Assembly: GCF_009914755.1 (NCBI RefSeq)
Contig: NC_060934.1
Origin: the human T2T-CHM13v2.0 reference genome, Homo sapiens
Length of the DNA stretch: 64,000 nt
Direction: 5' to 3' (one strand)
In this document: positions 13,384-25,800 of the stretch, piece by piece
Layout: each line of letters opens with the position of its first letter
Position numbering within the stretch: the first letter of the stretch is position 1
Notes under the pieces: model-generated
Seen by the model: only the letters and a program-made list of their open reading frames with translations
The model's database searches: none
What the model was told of the DNA's origin: nothing
Position numbers and translations under genes: made by a program

Positions 13384-16300
13384 GAATTCTCAGTAAATCC
13401 TTTGTGTTGTGTGAATTCAACTCACAGAGTTGAACCTTCCTTTATTCAGAGCAGCTTTGAAACACTCTTTTTGTGGAATTTCCAGGTGCAGATTTCGAGA
13501 GATTTGACGCCTATCTTAGACATGGAAATATCTTCGTATTAAAACTACAGAGTCATTCGCAGAAACTAGTTTGTGATGTGTGCCTTCAACTCACAGAGTT
13601 TAACCTTTCTTTTCATAGAGCAGTCTGGAAACACTCTGTTTGTAAAGTCTGCAAGTGGATATTTGGACCTCTTTGAGGACTCAGTTGGAAACGGGATTTC
13701 TTCATATAACGCTAGACAAAAGAATTCTCATTAACTTCTTTGTGTTGTGTGCATTCAACTCACAGAGTTGAAACTTTCTTTAGAGAGAGCAGATTTGAAA
13801 CACTCTTTCTGTGGAATTTGCTAGTGCAGATATCAAAGGCTTCGAGGACAATGGCAGAAAAGGTTATATCTTCATATTAAAATTAGACAAAATCATTCTC
13901 AGAATACACTTTGTGATGTGTGTGTTCAACTCACAGAGTTTAACATTCCTTTAATCGAGCAGTTAGGAAACACTCTTTTTGTAAAGTCTGCAAGTGGATA
14001 ATTGGCCGTCTTTGAGCCCTTCGCTGGAAACGGGATTTCCTCATATAATGCTAGACCGAAGAATTCTCAGTAAATTCTTCGTGTTGTTTGTATTCAACTC
14101 AGAGATTTGAACCTTCCTTTGGAGAGAGCAGATTTGAAAAACTCTTTTTTTGGTATTTGCAAGTATAGATTTCAAGCGCTCCTAGGCCTATGGCAGAAAA
14201 GGAAATATCTTCGTATAAAAACTACACAGAATCATTCTCAACAACTACTTTGTGATGTGAGCGTTCAACTCACAGAGTTTAACCTTTCTTTTCATAGAGC
14301 ACTTTGGAAAGACTCTGTCTGTAAAGTCTGCAAGTGCTTATTTGGACTTCTTTGAGGCCTTCGTTGGAAACGGGATTTCTTCATATAACGCTGGAGAGAA
14401 GAATTCTCATTTACTTCTTTGTGTTGTGTGCATTCAACTCACAGAGTTGAAACTTTCTTTAGAGAGAGCAGATTTGAAACACCCTTTCTGTGGAGTTTGC
14501 TAGTGCAGATTTCAAACGCTTCGAGGACAATGGTAGAAAAGGATATATCTTCGTATTAAAACTAGACAAAATCATTCTCAGAATACACTTTGTGATGTGT
14601 GTGTTCCACTTACAGAGTTTAACCTTTCTTTAATCGAGCAGTTTGGAAACACTCTCTTTGTAAAGTCTCCAATGGATAATTGGCCCTCTTTGAGCCCTTC
14701 GTTGGAAACGGGATTTCCTCATATAATTCTAGACAGAAGAATTCTCAGTAACTTCTTTGTGTTGTTTGTATTCAACTCACAGATTTCAACCTTCCTTTAG
14801 AGAGAGCAGATTTGAAACACTGTTTTGTTGGTATTTGCAAGTGCAGATTAAAAGCGCTTCTAGGCCTATGGCAGAAAAGGAAATATCTTCGTATAAAAAC
14901 TACACAGAATCATTCTCAACAACTACTTTGTGATGTGTGTGTTCAACTCACAGAGTTTAACCTTTCTTTTCATAGAGCAGTTTGGAAACACTCTGTTTGT
15001 AATGTCTGCAAGTGCATATTTGGACTTCTTTGAGGCCTTCGTTGGAAACGGGATTTCTTCATATAATGCTTGACAGAAGAATTCTCAGTCACTTCTTTGT
15101 GTTGTGGTATTCAAGTCACAGAGTTGAAACTTCCTTTAGACAGAGCAGTTTTGAAAATCTCTTTCTGTGGAATTTGCAAGTGGAGATTTCAAGCGATTTG
15201 AGGCCAATCTTTGAAATGGAAATATCTTCGTGTAAAAACTACACAGAATCATTCTCAGGAACTACTTTCTGATGTGTGCGTTCAACACACGGAGTTTAAC
15301 CTTTCTTTTCATAGAGCAGTTTGGAAACACTCTGTTTGTAAAGTCTGCAAGTGCTTATTTGGACCTCTTTGAGGCCTTCGTTGGAAACGTGATTTCTTCA
15401 TATAATGCTAGACAGAAGAATTATCAGTCACTTCTTTGTGTTGTGTGTATTCAAGTCACAGAGTTAAACCTTCCTTTAGACAGAGCAGTTTTGAAAAACT
15501 CTTTCTGTGGAATTTGCAAGTGGAGATTTCAAGCGATTTGAGGCCAATCTTTGAAATGGAAATCTCTTCGTGTAAAAACTACACAGAATCATTCTCAGAA
15601 ACTGCTTTGTGATGTCTGCGTTCAGCTTACAGAGTTTCACCTTTCTTTTTATAGAGCAGTTTGGAAAGACTCTGTCTGTAAAGTCTGCAAGTGAATACTT
15701 GGACCCCTTTGTGTACTTCGTTGGAAGAGGGATTTTTTCATTTACTGCTAGACAGAAGAATTCTCAGTAAATCCTTTGTGTTGTGTGAATTCAACTCACA
15801 GAGTTGAACCTTCCTTTATTCAGAGCAGTTTTGAAACACTCTTTTTGTGGAATTTCCACGTGGAGATTTCAAGAGATTTGACGCCTATCTTAGACATGGA
15901 AATATCTTCGTATTAAAACTACAGAGTCATTCGCAGAAACTAGTTTGTGATGTGTGCCTTCAACTCACAGAGTTTAACCTTTCTTTTCATAGAGCAGTCT
16001 GGAAACACTCTGTTTGTAAAGTCTGCAAGTGGATATTTGGACCTCTTTGAGGACTCAGTTGGAAACGGGATTTCTTCATATAACGCTAGACAGAAGAATT
16101 CTCATTAAGTTCTTTGTGTTGTGTGCATTCAACTCACAGAGTTGAAACTTTCTTTAGAGAGAGCAGATTTGAAACACTCTTTCTGTGGAATTTGCTAGTG
16201 CAGATATCAAACTCTTCGAGGACAATGGCAGAAAAGGTTATATCTTCATATTAAAATTAGACAAAATCATTCTCAGAATACACTTTGTGATGTGTGTGTT

Positions 16301-19300
16301 CAACTCACAGAGTTTAACATTCCTTTAATCGAGCAGTTAGGAAACACTCTTTTTGTAAAGTCTGCAAGTGGATAATTGGCCGTCTTTGAGCCCTTCGCTG
16401 GAAACGGGATTTCCTCATAGAATGCTAGACGGAAGAATTCTCAGTAACTTCTTCGTGTTGTTTGTATTCAACTCAGAGATTTGAACCTTCCTTTCGAGAG
16501 AGCAGATTTGAAAAACTCTTTTTTTGGTATTTGCAAGTACAGATTTCAAGCGCTCCTAGGCCTATGGCAGAAAAGGAAATATCTTCGTATAAAAACTACA
16601 CAGAATCATTCTCAACAACTACTTTGTGATGTGAGCGTTCAACTCACAGAGTTTAACCTTTCTTTTCATAGAGCACTTTGGAAAGACTCTGTCTGTAAAG
16701 TCTGCAAGTGCTTATTTGGACTTCTTTGAGGCCTTCGTTGGAAACGGGATTTCTTCATATAACGCTGGACAGAAGAATTCTCATTTACTTCTTTGTGTTG
16801 TGTGCATTCAACTCAGAGTTGAAACTTTCTTTAGAGAGAGCAGATTTGAAATACCCTTTCTGTGGAGTTTGCTAGTGCAGATTTCAAACGCTTCGAGGAC
16901 AATGGTAGAAAAGGATATATCTTCGTATTAAAACTAGATAAAATCATTCTCAGAATACACTTTGTGATGTGTGTGTTCCACTTACAGAGTTTAACCTTTC
17001 TTTAATCGAGCAGTTTGGAAACACTCTCTTTGTAAAGTCTCCAAGTGGATAATTGTCCCTCTTTGAGCCCTTCGTTGGAAACGGGATTTCCTCATATAAT
17101 TCTAGACAGAAGAATTCTCAGTAACTTCTTTGTGTTGTTTGTATTCAACTCACAGATTTCAACCTTCCTTTAGAGAGAGCAGATTTGAAACACTCTTTTT
17201 TTGGTATTTGCAAGTGCAGATTCCAAGCGCTTCTAGGCCTATGGCAGAAAAGGAAATATCTTCGTATAAAAACTACACAGAATCATTCTCAACAACTACT
17301 TTGTGATGTGTGTGTTCAACTCACAGAGTTTAACCTTTCTTTTCATAGAGCAGTTTGGAAACACTCTGTTTGTAATGTCTGCAAGTGCATATTTGGACTT
17401 CTTTGAGGCCTTCGTTGGAAACGGGATTTCTTCACATAATGCTTGACAGAAGAATTCTCAGTCACTTCTTTGTGTTGTGGTATTCAAGTCACAGAGTTGA
17501 AACTTCCTTTAGACAGAGCAGTTTTGAAAATCTCTTTCTGTGGAATTTGCAAGTGGAGATTTCAAGCGATTTGAGGCCAATCCTTGAAATGGAAATATCT
17601 TCGTGTAAAAACTACACAGAATCATTCTCAGGAACTGCTTTCTGATGTGTGCGTTCAACACACGGAGTTTAACCTTTCTTTTCATAGAGCAGTTTGGAAA
17701 CACTCTGTTTGTAAAGTCTGCAAGTGCATATTTGGACCTCTTTGAGGCCTTCGTTGGAAACGTGATTTCTTCATATAATGCTAGATAGAAGAATTATCAG
17801 TCACTTCTTTGTGTTGTGTGTATTCAAGTCACAGAGTTGAACCTTCCTTTAGACAGAGCAGTTTTGAAAAACTCTTTCTGTGGAATTTGCAAGTGGAGAT
17901 TTCAAGCGATTTGAGGCCAATCTTTGAAATGGAAATCTCTTCGTGTAAAAACTACACAGAATCATTCTCAGAAACTGCTTTGTGATGTCTGCGTTCAGCT
18001 TACAGAGTTTCACCTTTCTTTTTATAGAGCAGTTTGGAAAGACTATGTCTGTAAAGTCTGCAAGTGAATACTTGGACCCCTTTGTGTACTTCGTTGGAAG
18101 AGGGATTTTTTCATTTACTGCTAGACAGAAGAATTCTCAGTAAATCCTTTGTGTTGTGTGAATTCAACTCACAGAGTTGAACCTTCCTTTATTCAGAGCA
18201 GCTTTGAAACACTCTTTTTGTGGAATTTCCAGGTGCAGATTTCGAGAGATTTGACGCCTATCTTAGACATGGAAATATCTTCGTATTAAAACTACAGAGT
18301 CATTCGCAGAAACTAGTTTGTGATGTGTGCCTTCAACTCACAGAGTTTAACCTTTCTTTTCATAGAGCAGTCTGGAAACACTCTGTTTGTAAAGTCTGCA
18401 AGTGGATATTTGGACCTCTTTGAGGACTCAGTTGGAAACGGGATTTCTTCATATAACGCTAGACAGAAGAATTCTCATTAACTTCTTTGTGTTGTGTGCA
18501 TTCAACTCACAGAGTTGAAACTTTCTTTAGAGAGAGCAGATTTGAAACACTCTTTCTGTGGAATTTGCTAGTGCAGATATCAAACGCTTCGAGGACAATG
18601 GCAGAAAAGGTTATATCTTCATATTAAAATTAGACAAAATCATTCTCAGAATACACTTTGTGATGTGTGTGTTCAACTCACAGAGTTTAACATTCCTTTA
18701 ATCGAGCAGTTAGGAAACACTCTTTTTGTAAAGTCTGCAAGTGGATAATTGGCCGTCTTTGAGCCCTTCGCTGGAAACGGGATTTCCTCATATAATGCTA
18801 GACCGAAGAATTCTCAGTAAATTCTTCGTGTTGTTTGTATTCAACTCAGAGATTTGAACCTTCCTTTGGAGAGAGCAGATTTGAAAAACTCTTTTTTTGG
18901 TATTTGCAAGTATAGATTTCAAGCGCTCCTAGGCCTATGGCAGAAAAGGAAATATCTTCGTATAAAAACTACACAGAATCATTCTCAACAACTACTTTGT
19001 GATGTGAGCGTTCAACTCACAGAGTTTAACCTTTCTTTTCATAGAGCACTTTGGAAAGACTCTGTCTGTAAAGTCTGCAAGTGCTTATTTGGACTTCTTT
19101 GAGGCCTTCGTTGGAAACGGGATTTCTTCATATAACGCTGGACAGAAGAATTCTCATTTACTTCTTTGTGTTGTGTGCATTCAACTCACAGAGTTGAAAC
19201 TTTCTTTAGAGAGAGCAGATTTGAAACACCCTTTCTGTGGAGTTTGCTAGTGCAGATTTCAAACGCTTCGAGGACAATGGTAGAAAAGGATATATCTTCG

Positions 19301-20800
19301 TATTAAAACTAGACAAAATCATTCTCAGAATACACTTTGTGATGTGTGTGTTCCACTTACAGAGTTTAACCTTTCTTTAATCGAGCAGTTTGGAAACACT
19401 CTCTTTGTAAAGTCTCCAATGGATAATTGGCCCTCTTTGAGCCCTTCGTTGGAAACGGGATTTCCTCATATAATTCTAGACAGAAGAATTCTCAGTAACT
19501 TCTTTGTGTTGTTTGTATTCAACTCACAGATTTCAACCTTCCTTTAGAGAGAGCAGATTTGAAACACTGTTTTGTTGGTATTTGCAAGTGCAGATTAAAA
19601 GCGCTTCTAGGCCTATGGCAGAAAAGGAAATATCTTCGTATAAAAACTACACAGAATCATTCTCAACAACTACTTTGTGATGTGTGTGTTCAACTCACAG
19701 AGTTTAACCTTTCTTTTCATAGAGCAGTTTGGAAACACTCTGTTTGTAATGTCTGCAAGTGCATATTTGGACTTCTTTGAGGCCTTCGTTGGAAACGGGA
19801 TTTCTTCATATAATGCTTGACAGAAGAATTCTCAGTCACTTCTTTGTGTTGTGGTATTCAAGTCACAGAGTTGAAACTTCCTTTAGACAGAGCAGTTTTG
19901 AAAATCTCTTTCTGTGGAATTTGCAAGTGGAGATTTCAAGCGATTTGAGGCCAATCTTTGAAATGGAAATATCTTCGTGTAAAAACTACACAGAATCATT
20001 CTCAGGAACTACTTTCTGATGTGTGCGTTCAACACACGGAGTTTAACCTTTCTTTTCATAGAGCAGTTTGGAAACACTCTGTTTGTAAAGTCTGCAAGTG
20101 CTTATTTGGACCTCTTTGAGGCCTTCGTTGGAAACGTGATTTCTTCATATAATGCTAGACAGAAGAATTATCAGTCACTTCTTTGTGTTGTGTGTATTCA
20201 AGTCACAGAGTTAAACCTTCCTTTAGACAGAGCAGTTTTGAAAAACTCTTTCTGTGGAATTTGCAAGTGGAGATTTCAAGCGATTTGAGGCCAATCTTTG
20301 AAATGGAAATCTCTTCGTGTAAAAACTACACAGAATCATTCTCAGAAACTGCTTTGTGATGTCTGCGTTCAGCTTACAGAGTTTCACCTTTCTTTTTATA
20401 GAGCAGTTTGGAAAGACTCTGTCTGTAAAGTCTGCAAGTGAATACTTGGACCCCTTTGTGTACTTTGTTGGAAGAGGGATTTTTTCATTTACTGCTAGAC
20501 AGAAGAATTCTCAGTAAATCCTTTGTGTTGTGTGAATTCAACTCACAGAGTTGAACCTTCCTTTATTCAGAGCAGTTTTGAAACACTCTTTTTGTGGAAT
20601 TTCCACGTGGAGATTTCAAGAGATTTGACGCCTATCTTAGACATGGAAATATCTTCGTATTAAAACTACAGAGTCATTCGCAGAAACTAGTTTGTGATGT
20701 GTGCCTTCAACTCACAGAGTTTAACCTTTCTTTTCATAGAGCAGTCTGGAAACACTCTGTTTGTAAAGTCTGCAAGTGGATATTTGGACCTCTTTGAGGA

Positions 20801-20817
20801 CTCAGTTGGAAACGGGA
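20801..20817 (+). other. Degenerate CENP-B box (dimer D1)
   Basis: CTCAGTTGGAAACGGGA: the TTCG core is lost. Confidence 0.88.
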
Positions 20818-21139
20818 TTTCTTCATATAACGCTAGACAGAAGAATTCTCATTAACTTCTTTGTGTTGTGTGCATTCAACTCACAGAGTTGAAACTTTCT
20901 TTAGAGAGAGCAGATTTGAAACACTCTTTCTGTGGAATTTGCTAGTGCAGATATCAAACGCTTCGAGGACAATGGCAGAAAAGGTTATATCTTCATATTA
21001 AAATTAGACAAAATCATTCTCAGAATACACTTTGTGATGTGTGTGTTCAACTCACAGAGTTTAACATTCCTTTAATCGAGCAGTTAGGAAACACTCTTTT
21101 TGTAAAGTCTGCAAGTGGATAATTGGCCGTCTTTGAGCC

Positions 21140-21156
21140 CTTCGCTGGAAACGGGA
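21140..21156 (+). promoter_or_regulatory. CENP-B box variant with intact core (dimer D2; repeated per 14-mer)
   Basis: CTTCGCTGGAAACGGGA fits the NTTCGNNNNANNCGGGN core. Confidence 0.85.
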
Positions 21157-21479
21157 TTTCCTCATACAATGCTAGACGGAAGAATTCTCAGTAACTTCTT
21201 CGTGTTGTTTGTATTCAACTCAGAGATTTGAACCTTCCTTTGGAGAGAGCAGATTTGAAAAACTCTTTTTTTGGTATTTGCAAGTACAGATTTCAAGCGC
21301 TCCTAGGCCTATGGCAGAAAAGGAAATATCTTCGTATAAAAACTACACAGAATCATTCTCAACAACTACTTTGTGATGTGAGCGTTCAACTCACAGAGTT
21401 TAACCTTTCTTTTCATAGAGCACTTTGGAAAGACTCTGTCTGTAAAGTCTGCAAGTGCTTATTTGGACTTCTTTGAGGC

Positions 21480-21496
21480 CTTCGTTGGAAACGGGA
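21480..21496 (+). promoter_or_regulatory. Canonical CENP-B box (dimer D3; repeated per 14-mer)
   Basis: CTTCGTTGGAAACGGGA exact match. Confidence 0.95.
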
Positions 21497-21818
21497 TTTC
21501 TTCATATAACGCTGGACAGAAGAATTCTCATTTACTTCTTTGTGTTGTGTGCATTCAACTCACAGAGTTGAAACTTTCTTTAGAGAGAGCAGATTTGAAA
21601 CACCCTTTCTGTGGAGTTTGCTAGTGCAGATTTCAAACGCTTCGAGGACAATGGTAGAAAAGGATATATCTTCGTATTAAAACTAGACAAAATCATTCTC
21701 AGAATACACTTTGTGATGTGTGTGTTCCACTTACAGAGTTTAACCTTTCTTTAATCGAGCAGTTTGGAAACACTCTCTTTGTAAAGTCTCCAAGTGGATA
21801 ATTGGCCCTCTTTGAGCC

Positions 21819-21835
21819 CTTCGTTGGAAACGGGA
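21819..21835 (+). promoter_or_regulatory. Canonical CENP-B box (dimer D4; repeated per unit)
   Basis: CTTCGTTGGAAACGGGA exact match. Confidence 0.95.
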
Positions 21836-22158
21836 TTTCCTCATATAATTCTAGACAGAAGAATTCTCAGTAACTTCTTTGTGTTGTTTGTATTCAACTC
21901 ACAGATTTCAACCTTCCTTTAGAGAGAGCAGATTTGAAACACTCTTTTTTTGGTATTTGCAAGTGCAGATTCCAAGCGCTTCTAGGCCTATGGCAGAAAA
22001 GGAAATATCTTCGTATAAAAACTACACAGAATCATTCTCAACAACTACTTTGTGATGTGTGTGTTCAACTCACAGAGTTTAACCTTTCTTTTCATAGAGC
22101 AGTTTGGAAACACTCTGTTTGTAATGTCTGCAAGTGCATATTTGGACTTCTTTGAGGC

Positions 22159-22175
22159 CTTCGTTGGAAACGGGA
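22159..22175 (+). promoter_or_regulatory. Canonical CENP-B box (dimer D5; repeated per unit)
   Basis: CTTCGTTGGAAACGGGA exact match. Confidence 0.95.
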
Positions 22176-22497
22176 TTTCTTCATATAATGCTTGACAGAA
22201 GAATTCTCAGTCACTTCTTTGTGTTGTGGTATTCAAGTCACAGAGTTGAAACTTCCTTTAGACAGAGCAGTTTTGAAAATCTCTTTCTGTGGAATTTGCA
22301 AGTGGAGATTTCAAGCGATTTGAGGCCAATCTTTGAAATGGAAATATCTTCGTGTAAAAACTACACAGAATCATTCTCAGGAACTACTTTCTGATGTGTG
22401 CGTTCAACACACGGAGTTTAACCTTTCTTTTCATAGAGCAGTTTGGAAACACTCTGTTTGTAAAGTCTGCAAGTGCTTATTTGGACCTCTTTGAGGC

Positions 22498-22514
22498 CTT
22501 CGTTGGAAACGTGA
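22498..22514 (+). other. Degenerate CENP-B box (dimer D6)
   Basis: CTTCGTTGGAAACGTGA: CGGG is changed to CGTG. Confidence 0.88.
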
Positions 22515-22837
22515 TTTCTTCATATAATGCTAGACAGAAGAATTATCAGTCACTTCTTTGTGTTGTGTGTATTCAAGTCACAGAGTTAAACCTTCCTTTA
22601 GACAGAGCAGTTTTGAAAAACTCTTTCTGTGGAATTTGCAAGTGGAGATTTCAAGCGATTTGAGGCCAATCTTTGAAATGGAAATCTCTTCGTGTAAAAA
22701 CTACACAGAATCATTCTCAGAAACTGCTTTGTGATGTCTGCGTTCAGCTTACAGAGTTTCACCTTTCTTTTTATAGAGCAGTTTGGAAAGACTCTGTCTG
22801 TAAAGTCTGCAAGTGAATACTTGGACCCCTTTGTGTA

Positions 22838-22854
22838 CTTCGTTGGAAGAGGGA
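22838..22854 (+). other. Degenerate CENP-B box (dimer D7)
   Basis: CTTCGTTGGAAGAGGGA: CGGG is changed to AGGG. Confidence 0.88.
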
Positions 22855-25800
22855 TTTTTTCATTTACTGCTAGACAGAAGAATTCTCAGTAAATCCTTTG
22901 TGTTGTGTGAATTCAACTCACAGAGTTGAACCTTCCTTTATTCAGAGCAGTTTTGAAACACTCTTTTTGTGGAATTTCCACGTGGAGATTTCAAGAGATT
23001 TGACGCCTATCTTAGACATGGAAATATCTTCGTATTAAAACTACAGAGTCATTCGCAGAAACTAGTTTGTGATGTGTGCCTTCAACTCACAGAGTTTAAC
23101 CTTTCTTTTCATAGAGCAGTCTGGAAACACTCTGTTTGTAAAGTCTGCAAGTGGATATTTGGACCTCTTTGAGGACTCAGTTGGAAACGGGATTTCTTCA
23201 TATAACGCTAGACAGAAGAATTCTCATTAACTTCTTTGTGTTGTGTGCATTCAACTCACAGAGTTGAAACTTTCTTTAGAGAGAGCAGATTTGAAACACT
23301 CTTTCTGTGGAATTTGCTAGTGCAGATATCAAACGCTTCGAGGACAATGGCAGAAAAGGTTATATCTTCATATTAAAATTAGACAAAATCATTCTCAGAA
23401 TACACTTTGTGATGTGTGTGTTCAACTCACAGAGTTTAACATTCCTTTAATCGAGCAGTTAGGAAACACTCTTTTTGTAAAGTCTGCAAGTGGATAATTG
23501 GCCGTCTTTGAGCCCTTCGCTGGAAACGGGATTTCCTCATACAATGCTAGACCGAAGAATTCTCAGTAACTTCTTCGTGTTGTTTGTATTCAACTCAGAG
23601 ATTTGAACCTTCCTTTGGAGAGAGCAGATTTGAAAAACTCTTTTTTTGGTATTTGCAAGTACAGATTTCAAGCGCTCCTAGGCCTATGGCAGAAAAGGAA
23701 ATATCTTCGTATAAAAACTACACAGAATCATTCTCAACAACTACTTTGTGATGTGAGCGTTCAACTCACAGAGTTTAACCTTTCTTTTCATAGAGCACTT
23801 TGGAAAGACTCTGTCTGTAAAGTCTGCAAGTGCTTATTTGGACTTCTTTGAGGCCTTCGTTGGAAACGGGATTTCTTCATATAACGCTGGACAGAAGAAT
23901 TCTCATTTACTTCTTTGTGTTGTGTGCATTCAACTCACAGAGTTGAAACTTTCTTTAGAGAGAGCAGATTTGAAACACCCTTTCTGTGGAGTTTGCTAGT
24001 GCAGATTTCAAACGCTTCGAGGACAATGGTAGAAAAGGATATATCTTCGTATTAAAACTAGACAAAATCATTCTCAGAATACACTTTGTGATGTGTGTGT
24101 TCCACTTACAGAGTTTAACCTTTCTTTAATCGAGCAGTTTGGAAACACTCTCTTTGTAAAGTCTCCAAGTGGATAATTGGCCCTCCTTGAGCCCTTCGTT
24201 CGAAACGGGATTTCCTCATATAATTCTAGACAGAAGAATTCTCAGTAACTTCTTTGTGTTGTTTGTATTCAACTCACAGATTTCAACCTTCCTTTAGAGA
24301 GAGCAGATTTGAAACACTCTTTTTTTGGTATTTGCAAGTGCAGATTCCAAGCGCTTCTAGGCCTATGGCAGAAAAGGAAATATCTTCGTATAAAAACTAC
24401 ACAGAATCATTCTCAACAACTACTTTGTGATGTGTGTGTTCAACTCACAGAGTTTAACCTTTCTTTTCATAGAGCAGTTTGGAAACACTCTGTTTGTAAT
24501 GTCTGCAAGTGCATATTTGGACTTCTTTGAGGCCTTCGTTGGAAACGGGATTTCTTCATATAATGCTTGACAGAAGAATTCTCAGTCACTTCTTTGTGTT
24601 GTGGTATTCAAGTCACAGAGTTGAAACTTCCTTTAGACAGAGCAGTTTTGAAAATCTCTTTCTGTGGAATTTGCAAGTGGAGATTTCAAGCGATTTGAGG
24701 CCAATCTTTGAAATGGAAATATCTTCGTGTAAAAACTACACAGAATCATTCTCAGGAACTACTTTCTGATGTGTGCGTTCAACACACGGAGTTTAACCTT
24801 TCTTTTCATAGAGCAGTTTGGAAACACTCTGTTTGTAAAGTCTGCAAGTGCTTATTTGGACCTCTTTGAGGCCTTCGTTGGAAACGTGATTTCTTCATAT
24901 AATGCTAGACAGAAGAATTATCAGTCACTTCTTTGTGTTGTGTGTATTCAAGTCACAGAGTTAAACCTTCCTTTAGACAGAGCAGTTTTGAAAAACTCTT
25001 TCTGTGGAATTTGCAAGTGGAGATTTCAAGCGATTTGAGGCCAATCTTTGAAATGGAAATCTCTTCGTGTAAAAACTACACAGAATCATTCTCAGAAACT
25101 GCTTTGTGATGTCTGCGTTCAGCTTACAGAGTTTCACCTTTCTTTTTATAGAGCAGTTTGGAAAGACTCTGTCTGTAAAGTCTGCAAGTGAATACTTGGA
25201 CCCCTTTGTGTACTTCGTTGGAAGAGGGATTTTTTCATTTACTGCTAGACAGAAGAATTCTCAGTAAATCCTTTGTGTTGTGTGAATTCAACTCACAGAG
25301 TTGAACCTTCCTTTATTCAGAGCAGTTTTGAAACACTCTTTTTGTGGAATTTCCAGGTGGAGATTTCAAGAGATTTGACGCCTAACTTAGACATGGAAAT
25401 ATCTTCGTATTAAAACTACAGAGTCATTCGCAGAAACTAGTTTGTGATGTGTGCCTTCAACTCACAGAGTTTAACCTTTCTTTTCATAGAGCAGTCTGGA
25501 AACACTCTGTTTGTAAAGTCTGCAAGTGGATATTTGGACCTCTTTGAGGACTCAGTTGGAAACGGGATTTCTTCATATAACGCTAGACAGAAGAATTCTC
25601 ATTAACTTCTTTGTGTTGTGTGCATTCAACTCACAGAGTTGAAACTTTCTTTAGAGAGAGCAGATTTGAAACACTCTTTCTGTGGAATTTGCTAGTGCAG
25701 ATATCAAACGCTTCGAGGACAATGGCAGAAAAGGTTATATCTTCATATTAAAATTAGACAAAATCATTCTCAGAATACACTTTGTGATGTGTGTGTTCAA

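Larger units (their letters stand above)
20505..22879 (+). repeat. Representative canonical 14-mer unit (2375 bp, dimers D1-D7)
   Basis: Runs from GAATTCTCAGTAAATCC at 20505 to the same motif at 22880. Box positions are at 20801, 21140, 21480, 21819, 22159, 22498 and 22838. Confidence 0.95.

Noticed and set aside
21295-21330. Short dyads (CCTAGG/AGGCCT) and a pJ-alpha-like motif CTATGGCAGAAAAGGAA
   Set aside because: These are ordinary features of A-type alphoid monomers. The dyads are too short to support a cruciform claim, and the pJ-alpha match is imperfect.
25344-25400. Missing 'MEFP' ORF in one unit, suggesting a structural change
   Set aside because: It is only a single T>A SNP (CCTATC to CCTAAC) creating a stop codon. 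The unit spacing remains 2375 bp.
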